Positions 9,316 through 17,724 of a DNA stretch of 64,000 nucleotides are shown here, one piece after another. A program made the position numbers and the translations under genes. The stretch is from contig JAFYNM010000004.1 of the NCBI GenBank assembly GCA_017549765.1, forward strand, positions 1,161-65,160. Direction: 5' to 3'. How positions within the stretch are numbered: position 1 is the first letter of the stretch; the number at the start of each line of letters is the position of its first letter. The notes under the pieces were generated by a model that worked only from the letters and a program-made list of their open reading frames with translations, searched no databases and had not been told where the DNA came from. The stretch comes from Bacteroidales bacterium (GTDB taxonomy: Bacteria; Bacteroidota; Bacteroidia; Bacteroidales; WCHB1-69).

Positions 9316-9336
9316 AAAAATGGCGAGCGCACAACT

Positions 9337-9978
9337 ATGTATGACAACAAGCCCTATTTCATCGTTCAGAGTTCCCTTTGGAAGATATCAGAAGCAGAAG
9401 AGATTCTCTATAAACCCGAAGAAATTGATTCTTTTTTGGTGGCACGCATTCTCCAATATAAACCTAATGACACCATTGAACAGAAAAAGTGGATTCAATA
9501 TTGTCGTGAAGACAGTCGAATACGTCCTGATTACGAAGGTATTTTTGGTTTTCAGTATTGGTTAACTACAATTCCCACTACCACAGTGGATTCGTCCATC
9601 ACATTCCGTCCGCCAGTGCATTTTGATGGAAAAAAGGTGGTGTATCTGACCCCAAAATATGAAAAATTGCTGAACTCTTTTTTAGGAAACCGACATGTTG
9701 ATTTGGGCGAATATGACATTATGCAGCCGGCTTATTCCAAGGGAAATAGTCGGTTGAAGCATACATTCCTCAACAAGGCTGCCCTCATATTCTATGGGCA
9801 TTGGGGCGGTTATTGGCAATATGAGACCTATCCCAAGGCAAATCAAATTATCTTTAACCCAGAAATGAACCGCGCTGTTGTGATGTTCCGTTTCGTGTAT
9901 GAAGGAGGCGAGGCGATTTTGGAGAAGCAGAACGGGGAATGGAAGGTGGTGGATTTCCGTTTCACGTGGATTGAGTAA
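9337..9978 (+). CDS. hypothetical protein, possibly the C-terminal piece of an interrupted gene
   Basis: 213 aa with no signal peptide. Same frame as 9076..9315, with only one stop and seven sense codons between them. Confidence 0.6.
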   Translation: MYDNKPYFIVQSSLWKISEAEEILYKPEEIDSFLVARILQYKPNDTIEQKKWIQYCREDSRIRPDYEGIFGFQYWLTTIPTTTVDSSITFRPPVHFDGKKVVYLTPKYEKLLNSFLGNRHVDLGEYDIMQPAYSKGNSRLKHTFLNKAALIFYGHWGGYWQYETYPKANQIIFNPEMNRAVVMFRFVYEGGEAILEKQNGEWKVVDFRFTWIE

Positions 9979-10245
9979 AAAAACAAAGTTCAGTGTAATT
10001 GCAACGGTTGGAATTTATATTTCCAATATGATTTTTTTGTACTTTTACATTTCAGTTTTTCCGTAACGGAAAATATGTAATAAATGATAAACTATTATCG
10101 CCTGGATATTATGAATAAAAAGATTGCAAATTCCTATATATTACAAGGTTACGAAAGGCCAGAAGGTTTTTGCGACCGTATTCAGGAGACGGATAAAGGG
10201 AAGAAAATGTTGGAGATGCAGAATAATAGCGATAGAAAAAATAGT

Positions 10246-11373
10246 ATGATGCGAAAAATTGCCCTTTTTACTGTTTGTTTGCTGCTATCCGCGGCACTTC
10301 CCGTGCGGGCGCAACAGTTCTCGGTGACGGTGGACACGGTGGCGCTGAACATCATCGAAGATGGACAGCCATGGCCTTGTATGTATATACAGAATGTGGT
10401 AAAATACCATAACTACTTTTTTTTACGCCTCTTTTGTGCTGAAAAATATCGATCTCACGACACCCTTGTGGCCGTTTCTGTGGATGGAGAAGTGGTGAAA
10501 TCTGTGAAAATGCCAGTTCGAAATAATCCTTGGAGCTGGATGGGCGATGAAAGAATGTTCGTTAGAAAGGATACTCTATTCTTGATATGGGATGATGTTG
10601 TAGAGATTCATTCAGGCTTTTTCTTTGATGAAAATACCTGGTCATGGAAATATTTGCCCCACGTTGACGAAATTGTTTATGAGGACGAGGACTTTGAGGT
10701 GAGAAGGGAGAATCTTTATAGAAGACCATGGGGAAAACAACTGTGTTTTACTGACAAACAAGAAAGTTTCTATATGGAGACCAGAAACGGATGGCTTCAG
10801 AGTGAATTTTGTCATCGTCGATACGACGTCATTTATCCCCCAAAGCGAATCGTTCGACTTGGCGACACGTACTATTTCATTTATACCTATGGGGTCGATA
10901 CTGTAAATGTCCGGCAGCGACCAGGTCTGGAGTTGCGAAAGACGGCTTTCCCGGACATTGTTTGGGGCGACCAGGCAAATGTGAGTATGGTCAATTGGCA
11001 TGATGGCTACTTTTTCTTGAACGATTCAGATGATTTGAGACATCTGTTCGGAATGAAACGCGAACAACGAGGGTCAAGCGACACAGTGTTTCATAATGCG
11101 TTTTGCGTTAATGACCAGATGTATTATGTCGTTTCCATTGAAAAAAAATCTTTTATTGCACAGATTGTTGATAATCAGATCAAAGAAGTGTACGACTTAA
11201 TGGACTGCAGTCCGTCGTCTATACTAGATGAAAAACTCCTTTTATATCGAAATTCTGCTAAGAATCAATGTCTTACGAAGTGTTATCAAAACCACACAAT
11301 AGGTATTTTGGATATAAAGGATACGGAAGTTCACATTCTCTTTTTCACGAATGAGATAGCTGATGGTGATTAG
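10246..11373 (+). CDS. hypothetical secreted protein
   Basis: Signal peptide MMRKIALFTVCLLLSAALPVRAQ at an internal Met of the track ORF 10084..11373. About 40% GC. No family recognised. Confidence 0.65.
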   Translation: MMRKIALFTVCLLLSAALPVRAQQFSVTVDTVALNIIEDGQPWPCMYIQNVVKYHNYFFLRLFCAEKYRSHDTLVAVSVDGEVVKSVKMPVRNNPWSWMGDERMFVRKDTLFLIWDDVVEIHSGFFFDENTWSWKYLPHVDEIVYEDEDFEVRRENLYRRPWGKQLCFTDKQESFYMETRNGWLQSEFCHRRYDVIYPPKRIVRLGDTYYFIYTYGVDTVNVRQRPGLELRKTAFPDIVWGDQANVSMVNWHDGYFFLNDSDDLRHLFGMKREQRGSSDTVFHNAFCVNDQMYYVVSIEKKSFIAQIVDNQIKEVYDLMDCSPSSILDEKLLLYRNSAKNQCLTKCYQNHTIGILDIKDTEVHILFFTNEIADGD

Positions 11374-11712
11374 TGAACAGAAAATGGGTTATCGTTCGCA
11401 AAGGATTGAGGTTGTCAAAATTTTTGATAACATCGGAAACATCATAGAGCATGATTTCAATACAAAAACCCGAACATCCAGAGCGGAATCGTGTTTTGAT
11501 AAGCGTATTCGATGTCATCCTTTATCACAGCCTATTCCAATGTAAAAAATACAAAAATTGCAATATAAATATAGCAGTTTTTAAAAATTTCTGCTATATA
11601 GTCATTGCAGTTTTGAGAATAAATTGCCACAAGATGATAGCAGTTACGATTGTGGGAAAGACGATCCCGTCGCCACTAGCAAAAAATATTCCCTACCAGT
11701 GTAACCTTTTGC

Positions 11713-11720
11713 TATTTTTG
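11713..11720 (+). promoter_or_regulatory. -7 box TATTTTTG (ECF sigma)
   Basis: Lies 28 nt upstream of the ATG at 11748. Confidence 0.45.
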
Positions 11721-11747
11721 CGTCATCATCATGAACAAGGCGAAAAA

Positions 11748-12776
11748 ATGGAGAATGCGGCATTTTGGGAACGGATGTATGCGGCCAACATCGGACGGAT
11801 GATCGGGCTTTGTCACCGCTATGTCAATGACTTGGCGTTGGCGGAGGACCTCGCGCATGAGGCCTTCCTCAAGGCGATGGAACGCTCCGACACCTACCGC
11901 GCCACCGGCAATTTTGAGGCGTGGCTGATGCGCATCACCGTGAACCATGCCATCCAGCACCTGCGCGAAAGCATCAACACCGTGCCGATAGTGGAGGAGG
12001 AAACGCCGGATGTCACCACGGAGGAAGCTCCCATTTGGGAAAAGGACTTCTCCCAGGAGGAACTGCTCGCGGCGGTTCAACAACTGCCTGTCCGATTGCG
12101 CACCGTCTTCAACCTCTACGCCATTGATAACCAGTCGCACGCGTACATCGCCGACCTGCTGAACATCTCCATCGCCAACTCCAAAGAGCTGCTGTTCCGC
12201 GCCCGGAAACGGCTGCGGCAGCTGCTCTCCCAAATGGCACAAGAGAAAGAAAAACGAAAAAAGGGAGTTTTTGTCATGATACTACTATTCTTATTACAAC
12301 ATTCCGAGGCGGCCCGCACCGACCGGTTGTTCCGCAAGGGACTTTCCGGGCTGAGCTACGCACCCGCGCAGCCACTCTCCACCGCCCAAATCCGGCAGGC
12401 GGCAGTGGAGGCACCCTCCAGTACGGGCGTGTTCGTGGCGGCGCACCGCGTGGTCCTGGCCACCGCCACCATGGCCACTGTTGCCGGCGGCATCTTTGCG
12501 TGGCAGATAGCCCGCAACACGGTGAACGACAGTCCATTGCCCGAACCTATCCAGCCTGAAGAGATACCCGCTGCGGCACCTGCAGACAGCATGCTGGCTT
12601 CCATCGAAACACACGAAACGTCTGAAACAGAGTTGGTTGCCGAGTCTGAAAACAGAAAAGCCCCAAAATCTCCCGCCACGATTGTCGTCACCAAAGAAAT
12701 CTACGTGACCGACACGGTTGTGCTCCGTGACACCGCAATAGTGAAAGACACGGTCTATCTAATGCAAAAGCCATGA
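11748..12776 (+). CDS. ECF-type sigma-70 factor continuous in frame with an anti-sigma-like single-pass membrane half
   Basis: Region 2 DLAHEAFLKAMERSDTYR...FEAWLMRITVNHAIQHLR. Region 4 LPVRLRTVFNLYAIDNQSHAYIADLLNISIANSKELLFRARKRL. After about 176 aa comes MILLFLLQH..., then a TM helix VVLATATMATVAGGIFAW. I chose the start at MENAAFW; the upstream extension in the track was rejected. Confidence 0.8.
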   Translation: MENAAFWERMYAANIGRMIGLCHRYVNDLALAEDLAHEAFLKAMERSDTYRATGNFEAWLMRITVNHAIQHLRESINTVPIVEEETPDVTTEEAPIWEKDFSQEELLAAVQQLPVRLRTVFNLYAIDNQSHAYIADLLNISIANSKELLFRARKRLRQLLSQMAQEKEKRKKGVFVMILLFLLQHSEAARTDRLFRKGLSGLSYAPAQPLSTAQIRQAAVEAPSSTGVFVAAHRVVLATATMATVAGGIFAWQIARNTVNDSPLPEPIQPEEIPAAAPADSMLASIETHETSETELVAESENRKAPKSPATIVVTKEIYVTDTVVLRDTAIVKDTVYLMQKP

Positions 12777-14494
12777 AAAAACATCTGATTCTAACGTTTA
12801 TCATGCTGGTAATAAGCAGCATAGGAAGCCTCCTCGCACAGAACACAGATACCATGTATGTGGTGAAACGGCACGTAGTGCGCGACACCGTCTATGTGCG
12901 CGACACGTTGCGCGTGCAGGACACCATCATCATCGCCGATTACATTCACAGTGAGGAATTTAAGCAGCTTTTCTACGAGCTGAACGGCGCCGATGCGCAG
13001 ACTCCTCCCGATTCGTTGCAAAAATTGTGGGCCCAGACTGTAACCTTTTTGGAAAATCGCGTCATCCAGTATGAACAGCAAAACGTTTCCACTATGGACA
13101 GCATCAAAAAATATGGATTGGCGGGACTCCTGCTTTTGGGTTTGAACTCCCTCGCGCCCGCACAGACAGAGGCTCCGCAACCCGCGAGGTCGCCTCAGGT
13201 AAAGACAGAGTTGGTTCTTCGCGACAGCCCTTTCAACGGATTCCATTTCGGTTATACAGCAGAGGCGAATTTAGTGCATCCGGATCAATTACAGTTTTTC
13301 GAAAATGGAGAACTTACTTCAAACACTCATGATAAAATTCGTTTCGGATTCCGCGCAGGGTTGGAGTGTTCCTATCATTTTGCAGATTTCTTCGGTATTT
13401 CGGCTGCCTTGAATTACGGGATTACAAGCCGCTCCGCAGATAATGCATGGAGATACCGAGGACTCTCAATGCCGCTGAAGTTTGAATTCCATTACCCAAT
13501 TACAGATAAAATTTGGCTGACGGCAAACCTTGGAACGCAAATAAGGATGCCAATAGGGACAGTTTGGGATGGATATAATCCAAATACAGGAAGACATCCT
13601 CTTGTTGATCCTGTGAATTTGAATTTTGACAGCAATTGTGTTTACGACCGGAATGTGTTTTATGCAGATATTATGGCGGATTTTGGAATGTATTACCGTT
13701 TGCCGAATCAGGATTATCTGCGTTTTATCGTTGGCTTGAATGTGGCCACGACCGATTACGCCCGATCAAAACACACCATCGATGACCTTTATTATAAAAC
13801 TGGTGGCGAGAAATCCGGAGAACAAACGATCTCTATTACGGAGCGAAACCACTATCTCTACTTCCAAATCGCCTACCTCCACAGTTTCAGCAAGCAGCGT
13901 GCCGTCAAGCAGGCGCAACCGCATTGGAATGATGACAAATCATTTTATCGCCACGAGTTTCGATTGGGGGTGAGCGATCCATTGGGCTTTACCTATATGA
14001 GGGAATTGTCCGCTTCTCCTATTTTGGGAGAGCCGATTGAGGGTGTTTCACGCACAAAGGCTATATTCACTCCCGTATTCTCCTTGGACTATCATTACCG
14101 TGCCGCAAAATGGTTCTGGTTGGGCCTTACTTCAGGCTATAATTATTATCAAGAGAAAGGCAATGTTCAGGATTTTAGTCCAGAGAATCCTACGTGGCAG
14201 TATAAGGAGCATCATTTCCTGATAATGCCCTCTCTGCGGTTCTCCTATCTCAACCGTCCGCATCTGACCCTTTACTCCGGGCTTGCCGTGGGTTTGTATA
14301 TCAAACATGGTCGGGAATACTTCGATGATGATAACCTTATCCAACCGATAACTACTGACCACAACAGAGTGTTCTCCGCCTTCCAGCTGACCGCCTTCGG
14401 GTTGAAGGCTGGCGCGAACCATTGGTTCGGCAGCTTCGAGGCAGGCTTCGGCATCAAGGGTATTGTCAACTTGGGCGTGGGGTACGAGTTTTGA
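12773..14494 (+). CDS. outer-membrane beta-barrel protein with an N-terminal DT-repeat domain
   Basis: The ATG overlaps the previous stop (ATGA). N-terminal signal peptide. A second signal-like segment starts at Met108. Alternating beta-strand pattern. C-terminus GVGYEF ends in an aromatic residue, typical of OM barrels. Confidence 0.7.
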   Translation: MKKHLILTFIMLVISSIGSLLAQNTDTMYVVKRHVVRDTVYVRDTLRVQDTIIIADYIHSEEFKQLFYELNGADAQTPPDSLQKLWAQTVTFLENRVIQYEQQNVSTMDSIKKYGLAGLLLLGLNSLAPAQTEAPQPARSPQVKTELVLRDSPFNGFHFGYTAEANLVHPDQLQFFENGELTSNTHDKIRFGFRAGLECSYHFADFFGISAALNYGITSRSADNAWRYRGLSMPLKFEFHYPITDKIWLTANLGTQIRMPIGTVWDGYNPNTGRHPLVDPVNLNFDSNCVYDRNVFYADIMADFGMYYRLPNQDYLRFIVGLNVATTDYARSKHTIDDLYYKTGGEKSGEQTISITERNHYLYFQIAYLHSFSKQRAVKQAQPHWNDDKSFYRHEFRLGVSDPLGFTYMRELSASPILGEPIEGVSRTKAIFTPVFSLDYHYRAAKWFWLGLTSGYNYYQEKGNVQDFSPENPTWQYKEHHFLIMPSLRFSYLNRPHLTLYSGLAVGLYIKHGREYFDDDNLIQPITTDHNRVFSAFQLTAFGLKAGANHWFGSFEAGFGIKGIVNLGVGYEF

Positions 14495-14572
14495 TGATCA
14501 CCGCGGATTGCGCGAGTCTGCGCAGGACTTTCTGACAGAACCTTTTTTTCATCGTACAATTTCAACTTTTCT

Positions 14573-14580
14573 TATTTTTG
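14573..14580 (+). promoter_or_regulatory. -7 box TATTTTTG
   Basis: Lies 52 nt upstream of the ATG at 14632. Confidence 0.4.
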
Positions 14581-14631
14581 CACTCGTAAATCAAACTGAC
14601 TTTTGCAAAAGCCCTTAAATTCTACATCAAA

Positions 14632-15327
14632 ATGAAAAAACTCATCTCTTTCCTATCTTTGGTGTTGCTCTTTTCCGCGTGTTCGACCGTGCGCGACTGT
14701 GACGGGAACCGCTACCGCGCGGTGAAGCTCAACGGCATGTACTGGATGGCGGAGAACTTGCGGACAACGCATTATGCCGACGGAAGTCCTGTTCCACAAG
14801 GCAATCCGCCTTCCCAAGATATGACAGGGGTTTACTATTATGACTACGGGAACAGCAAGGATTCTGTGCGGAAATACGGATTGCTTTATACTTGGGCGGC
14901 GGCGGTGCGAGGAGCGGCCTCGGCCTCAGCCCAGGTGCAGGGTCTCTGTCCTGACGGCTGGCACCTGCCCGATGATGCGGAATGGACGGCCATGACCCAG
15001 GGCTGTGCCGCCGAACGAACCCTCCATAGAGTTCCTGTGTCTTCCCAAAACATGCGAATTATGAAGCGTTTTGTGAGTCTGCCCAGAGGTGGCTACTTCT
15101 ATAAGGATGCCTATGCTAATGTGGGCGAAGGGTCTTTTTGGTGGAGTTCCTCTCCCTTGGAAGACGGCACCGCCATAGGACGTTACATAGATGACACCAG
15201 CTACCCATGCCCGTATGTCTGCTTCGGGAAGATGTATAACGGCTATAGCGTGCGCTGTGTGAAGGACGGGGCGAAGATCACCACCCCGAAAACCAAGCTC
15301 AAGAAAAGAAATAAGGAGAGGCAATGA
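14632..15327 (+). CDS. FISUMP-domain lipoprotein (Fibrobacter succinogenes major paralogous domain)
   Basis: Lipobox LLFSAC. Motifs DGNRYRAVKLNGMYWMAENL, YGLLYTWAAA, CPDGWHLPDDAEW, FWWSS and GYSVRCVKD. Confidence 0.85.
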   Translation: MKKLISFLSLVLLFSACSTVRDCDGNRYRAVKLNGMYWMAENLRTTHYADGSPVPQGNPPSQDMTGVYYYDYGNSKDSVRKYGLLYTWAAAVRGAASASAQVQGLCPDGWHLPDDAEWTAMTQGCAAERTLHRVPVSSQNMRIMKRFVSLPRGGYFYKDAYANVGEGSFWWSSSPLEDGTAIGRYIDDTSYPCPYVCFGKMYNGYSVRCVKDGAKITTPKTKLKKRNKERQ

Positions 15328-15370
15328 CCCCGTTGTTTCTTGGTGGTCGCCAACAAATAAACAACAAAAA

Positions 15371-15394
15371 GGACCGCCTCACGGCGGCCCTTTT
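15371..15394. terminator. bidirectional rho-independent terminator
   Basis: ggaccgcc tcac ggcggccc, flanked by an A-run upstream and a T-run downstream. Lies between the convergent FISUMP gene and rplT. Confidence 0.7.
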
Positions 15395-15436
15395 GTAATG
15401 CTGTAACCCTTTTTTAATAATTAAAGTTGGAAGCTA

Positions 15437-15781
15437 TTATTTGACGAGGTCAACAATAGCCTTAAATGCCTCAGGATTGTTCATCGCGAGGTCGGCAAGG
15501 GCTTTGCGGTTGAGCGCCACACCTTTTTTGCCTAAGTTGCCCATGAGGACAGAGTAGGACATGCCATATTCGCGCGCACCCGCGTTGATACGGGTGATCC
15601 ACAAACTTCTAAAGTTTCTCTTTTTGTTCTTTCTATCGCGGTAGGCGTATTGCTGGCCCTTTTCCCACGAATTGACTGCAACGGTCCAAACGTTTTTACG
15701 TTTGCCGAAGTACCCACGGGTACGTTTCAAAATCTTTTTTCTTCTTGCTCTGGAAGCAACATGATTTACTGATCTTGGCAT
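15437..15781 (-). CDS. rplT: 50S ribosomal protein L20
   Basis: [30 protein letters not shown]...; 114 aa. Confidence 0.97.
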   Translation of the reverse strand: MPRSVNHVASRARRKKILKRTRGYFGKRKNVWTVAVNSWEKGQQYAYRDRKNKKRNFRSLWITRINAGAREYGMSYSVLMGNLGKKGVALNRKALADLAMNNPEAFKAIVDLVK

Positions 15782-15877
15782 AATTGATTTTCCTTTCTTT
15801 TACGTCAGCGGTTTATGACTCCATAAACTCTTTTCGGGCTGATAGTAAACTTTTTAATGATTAATAACTTGGGTTAA

Positions 15878-16075
15878 TTAGCACTGTCCCAGCATTTGCT
15901 TGACGGTGCGTTCTAAGTTTTGTTCGACAATAGCGCTGTAAGCCAGGTTGCGTTTTCTCTTTTTGGTCTTTTTGGTGAGAATGTGGCTGTGGTAAGCGTG
16001 ATGTCTCTTGATTTTACCGGTGCCGGTCAAAGTGAATCTTTTCTTGGCAGCGGACTTCGTTTTAATTTTTGGCAT
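15878..16075 (-). CDS. rpmI: 50S ribosomal protein L35
   Basis: [31 protein letters not shown]...; 65 aa. Confidence 0.97.
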   Translation of the reverse strand: MPKIKTKSAAKKRFTLTGTGKIKRHHAYHSHILTKKTKKRKRNLAYSAIVEQNLERTVKQMLGQC

Positions 16076-16119
16076 TTTCTCTAATTTTTAAAGGTTAATA
16101 TATATAGAGTTGACAGCAT

Positions 16120-16686
16120 TTACTTTTTAGATTTCGGACTCAGCATGATGGTCATGTTCTTGCCCAGCAGGGTAGGCATCTGATCCAGCTTGCCGTAGTC
16201 TTCCAGACTCTGGGCGAAGCGCAGCAGCAGGAGCTCTCCCTGGTCTTTGTAGATAATGGCGCGTCCCCGGAAAGAGACCACTACCTTCACTTTGTAACCG
16301 TCAGAGAGGAATTTGGTGGCATGGTTCAACTTGAAGTTGAAGTCATGGTCATCCGTCTGCGACCCCATGTGTATCTCCTTGACCTGTGTCTTGGCGCTGT
16401 TGGCCTTGATCTCTTTCTGTTTCTTTTTCTGCTCGTAGAGATACTTCTGGTAATCCATCACCTTGCATACCGGCGGGTTGGCCTGCGGGGAAATCTCCAC
16501 CAGATCCAGCTCATAACGCTCGGCAATTTCCAAAGCTTCCCGCAGAGAAACAATCTTCGGTTCGAAGTTTTCGCCTACTACGCGAACCACTTGGGAGGTA
16601 ATGTTTTCATTAATGTTATGCTGGGCCTCCTTTTTGTTAGGCGCTACATAAGGGACTCGGTTTCTAGGGTTAGGTGTGCTCTTCAA
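16120..16686 (-). CDS. infC: translation initiation factor IF-3
   Basis: [58 protein letters not shown]. There is no in-frame ATG upstream of the conserved N-domain, so the start is non-AUG. TTG at 16684-16686 is the best candidate. Confidence 0.92.
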   Translation of the reverse strand: MKSTPNPRNRVPYVAPNKKEAQHNINENITSQVVRVVGENFEPKIVSLREALEIAERYELDLVEISPQANPPVCKVMDYQKYLYEQKKKQKEIKANSAKTQVKEIHMGSQTDDHDFNFKLNHATKFLSDGYKVKVVVSFRGRAIIYKDQGELLLLRFAQSLEDYGKLDQMPTLLGKNMTIMLSPKSKK

Positions 16687-16785
16687 CGTTCCTTTCTGTT
16701 TGTTATTCTAATAATTTTATACTTAATAAATTGGGGCGCAAAAATACACTTTTTTTTAATCTCCCTCCATTTTGTGTATTTTTTT

Positions 16786-16793
16786 TATTTTTG
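16786..16793 (+). promoter_or_regulatory. -7 box TATTTTTG
   Basis: Lies 32 nt upstream of the ATG at 16825. Confidence 0.45.
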
Positions 16794-16824
16794 CACTTTC
16801 TTTCATTAACGATTATCTGGAAAA

Positions 16825-17703
16825 ATGAAAAAAACAGCAGTTCATACAATCAAGGCATTATTGTTGGGATCTATTCTCCTGGTTGGCTTTGCCGTCACTC
16901 CGCTTCAGGCCCAGAGATCCGAGATCGGTCTTTTCGGCGGCGGCGGTTTTTACCTCGGAGAACTCAACCCCACCCACCTTTTTGCTGCCACCAAGCCGGC
17001 GGGAGGTCTGGTTTATCGTTACAATCTGACACCCCGATGGGCGCTGAAAGCAGATTTCATCTTCGGCAAAGTCGCCGGCAGCGATGCCACGACCAACAAG
17101 GGTTATGAACGCAATCTGAGTTTTTTCTCCCCCATCACAGAGTTCTCCGTCGAGGCAGAGCTCAACTTCTTCCAGCTGTACAATTCCACGGGAAAGAACC
17201 GGTTTACCCCCTACATCTTCGCGGGTGTGACGCTCTTCTCGTTCAACCCCAAGACCGAGTACCAGGGGACGATCTATGAGTTGCAGGGTTTCGGCACCGA
17301 GGGACAGGGTCTGGAAGGCGGCCCCAAGAAGAACTATGCACTTACCTCCTTCGCCATTCCCTTCGGCATCGGTGTCAGAGCCACCCTCGGCCGCTATCTC
17401 TCCATCGGTGCGGAGTGGGGTATCCGCTACACTTTTACCGACTATCTCGATGATGTCCGCGGGGTCTATTACGACAACGACCTGTTGCGCGAGAACCGCG
17501 GCGACCTCATCGCCAATCTCGCCGACCGCTCCCATGAACTGACGGATGAAAACGGACAGGCTTTGCCGTATCACCAGGCTGGAGAACAACGCGGTAATAC
17601 TACGACTACAGATATTTACTCCTTCTTCGGCGTCATCTTCACCGTCAAGTTCGGCAATGTCGATACTAGTTGTGACCTGAAGTTGCCTCGGAAAAGAAGA
17701 TAA
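16825..17703 (+). CDS. outer-membrane beta-barrel protein (DUF6089-like, conserved upstream of uppS in Bacteroidota)
   Basis: Signal peptide. EIGLFGGGGFYLGELNP start typical of this family. Alternating strand pattern. Confidence 0.65.
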   Translation: MKKTAVHTIKALLLGSILLVGFAVTPLQAQRSEIGLFGGGGFYLGELNPTHLFAATKPAGGLVYRYNLTPRWALKADFIFGKVAGSDATTNKGYERNLSFFSPITEFSVEAELNFFQLYNSTGKNRFTPYIFAGVTLFSFNPKTEYQGTIYELQGFGTEGQGLEGGPKKNYALTSFAIPFGIGVRATLGRYLSIGAEWGIRYTFTDYLDDVRGVYYDNDLLRENRGDLIANLADRSHELTDENGQALPYHQAGEQRGNTTTTDIYSFFGVIFTVKFGNVDTSCDLKLPRKRR

Positions 17704-17724
17704 CCTTTGAATCTCCCATTAAAC

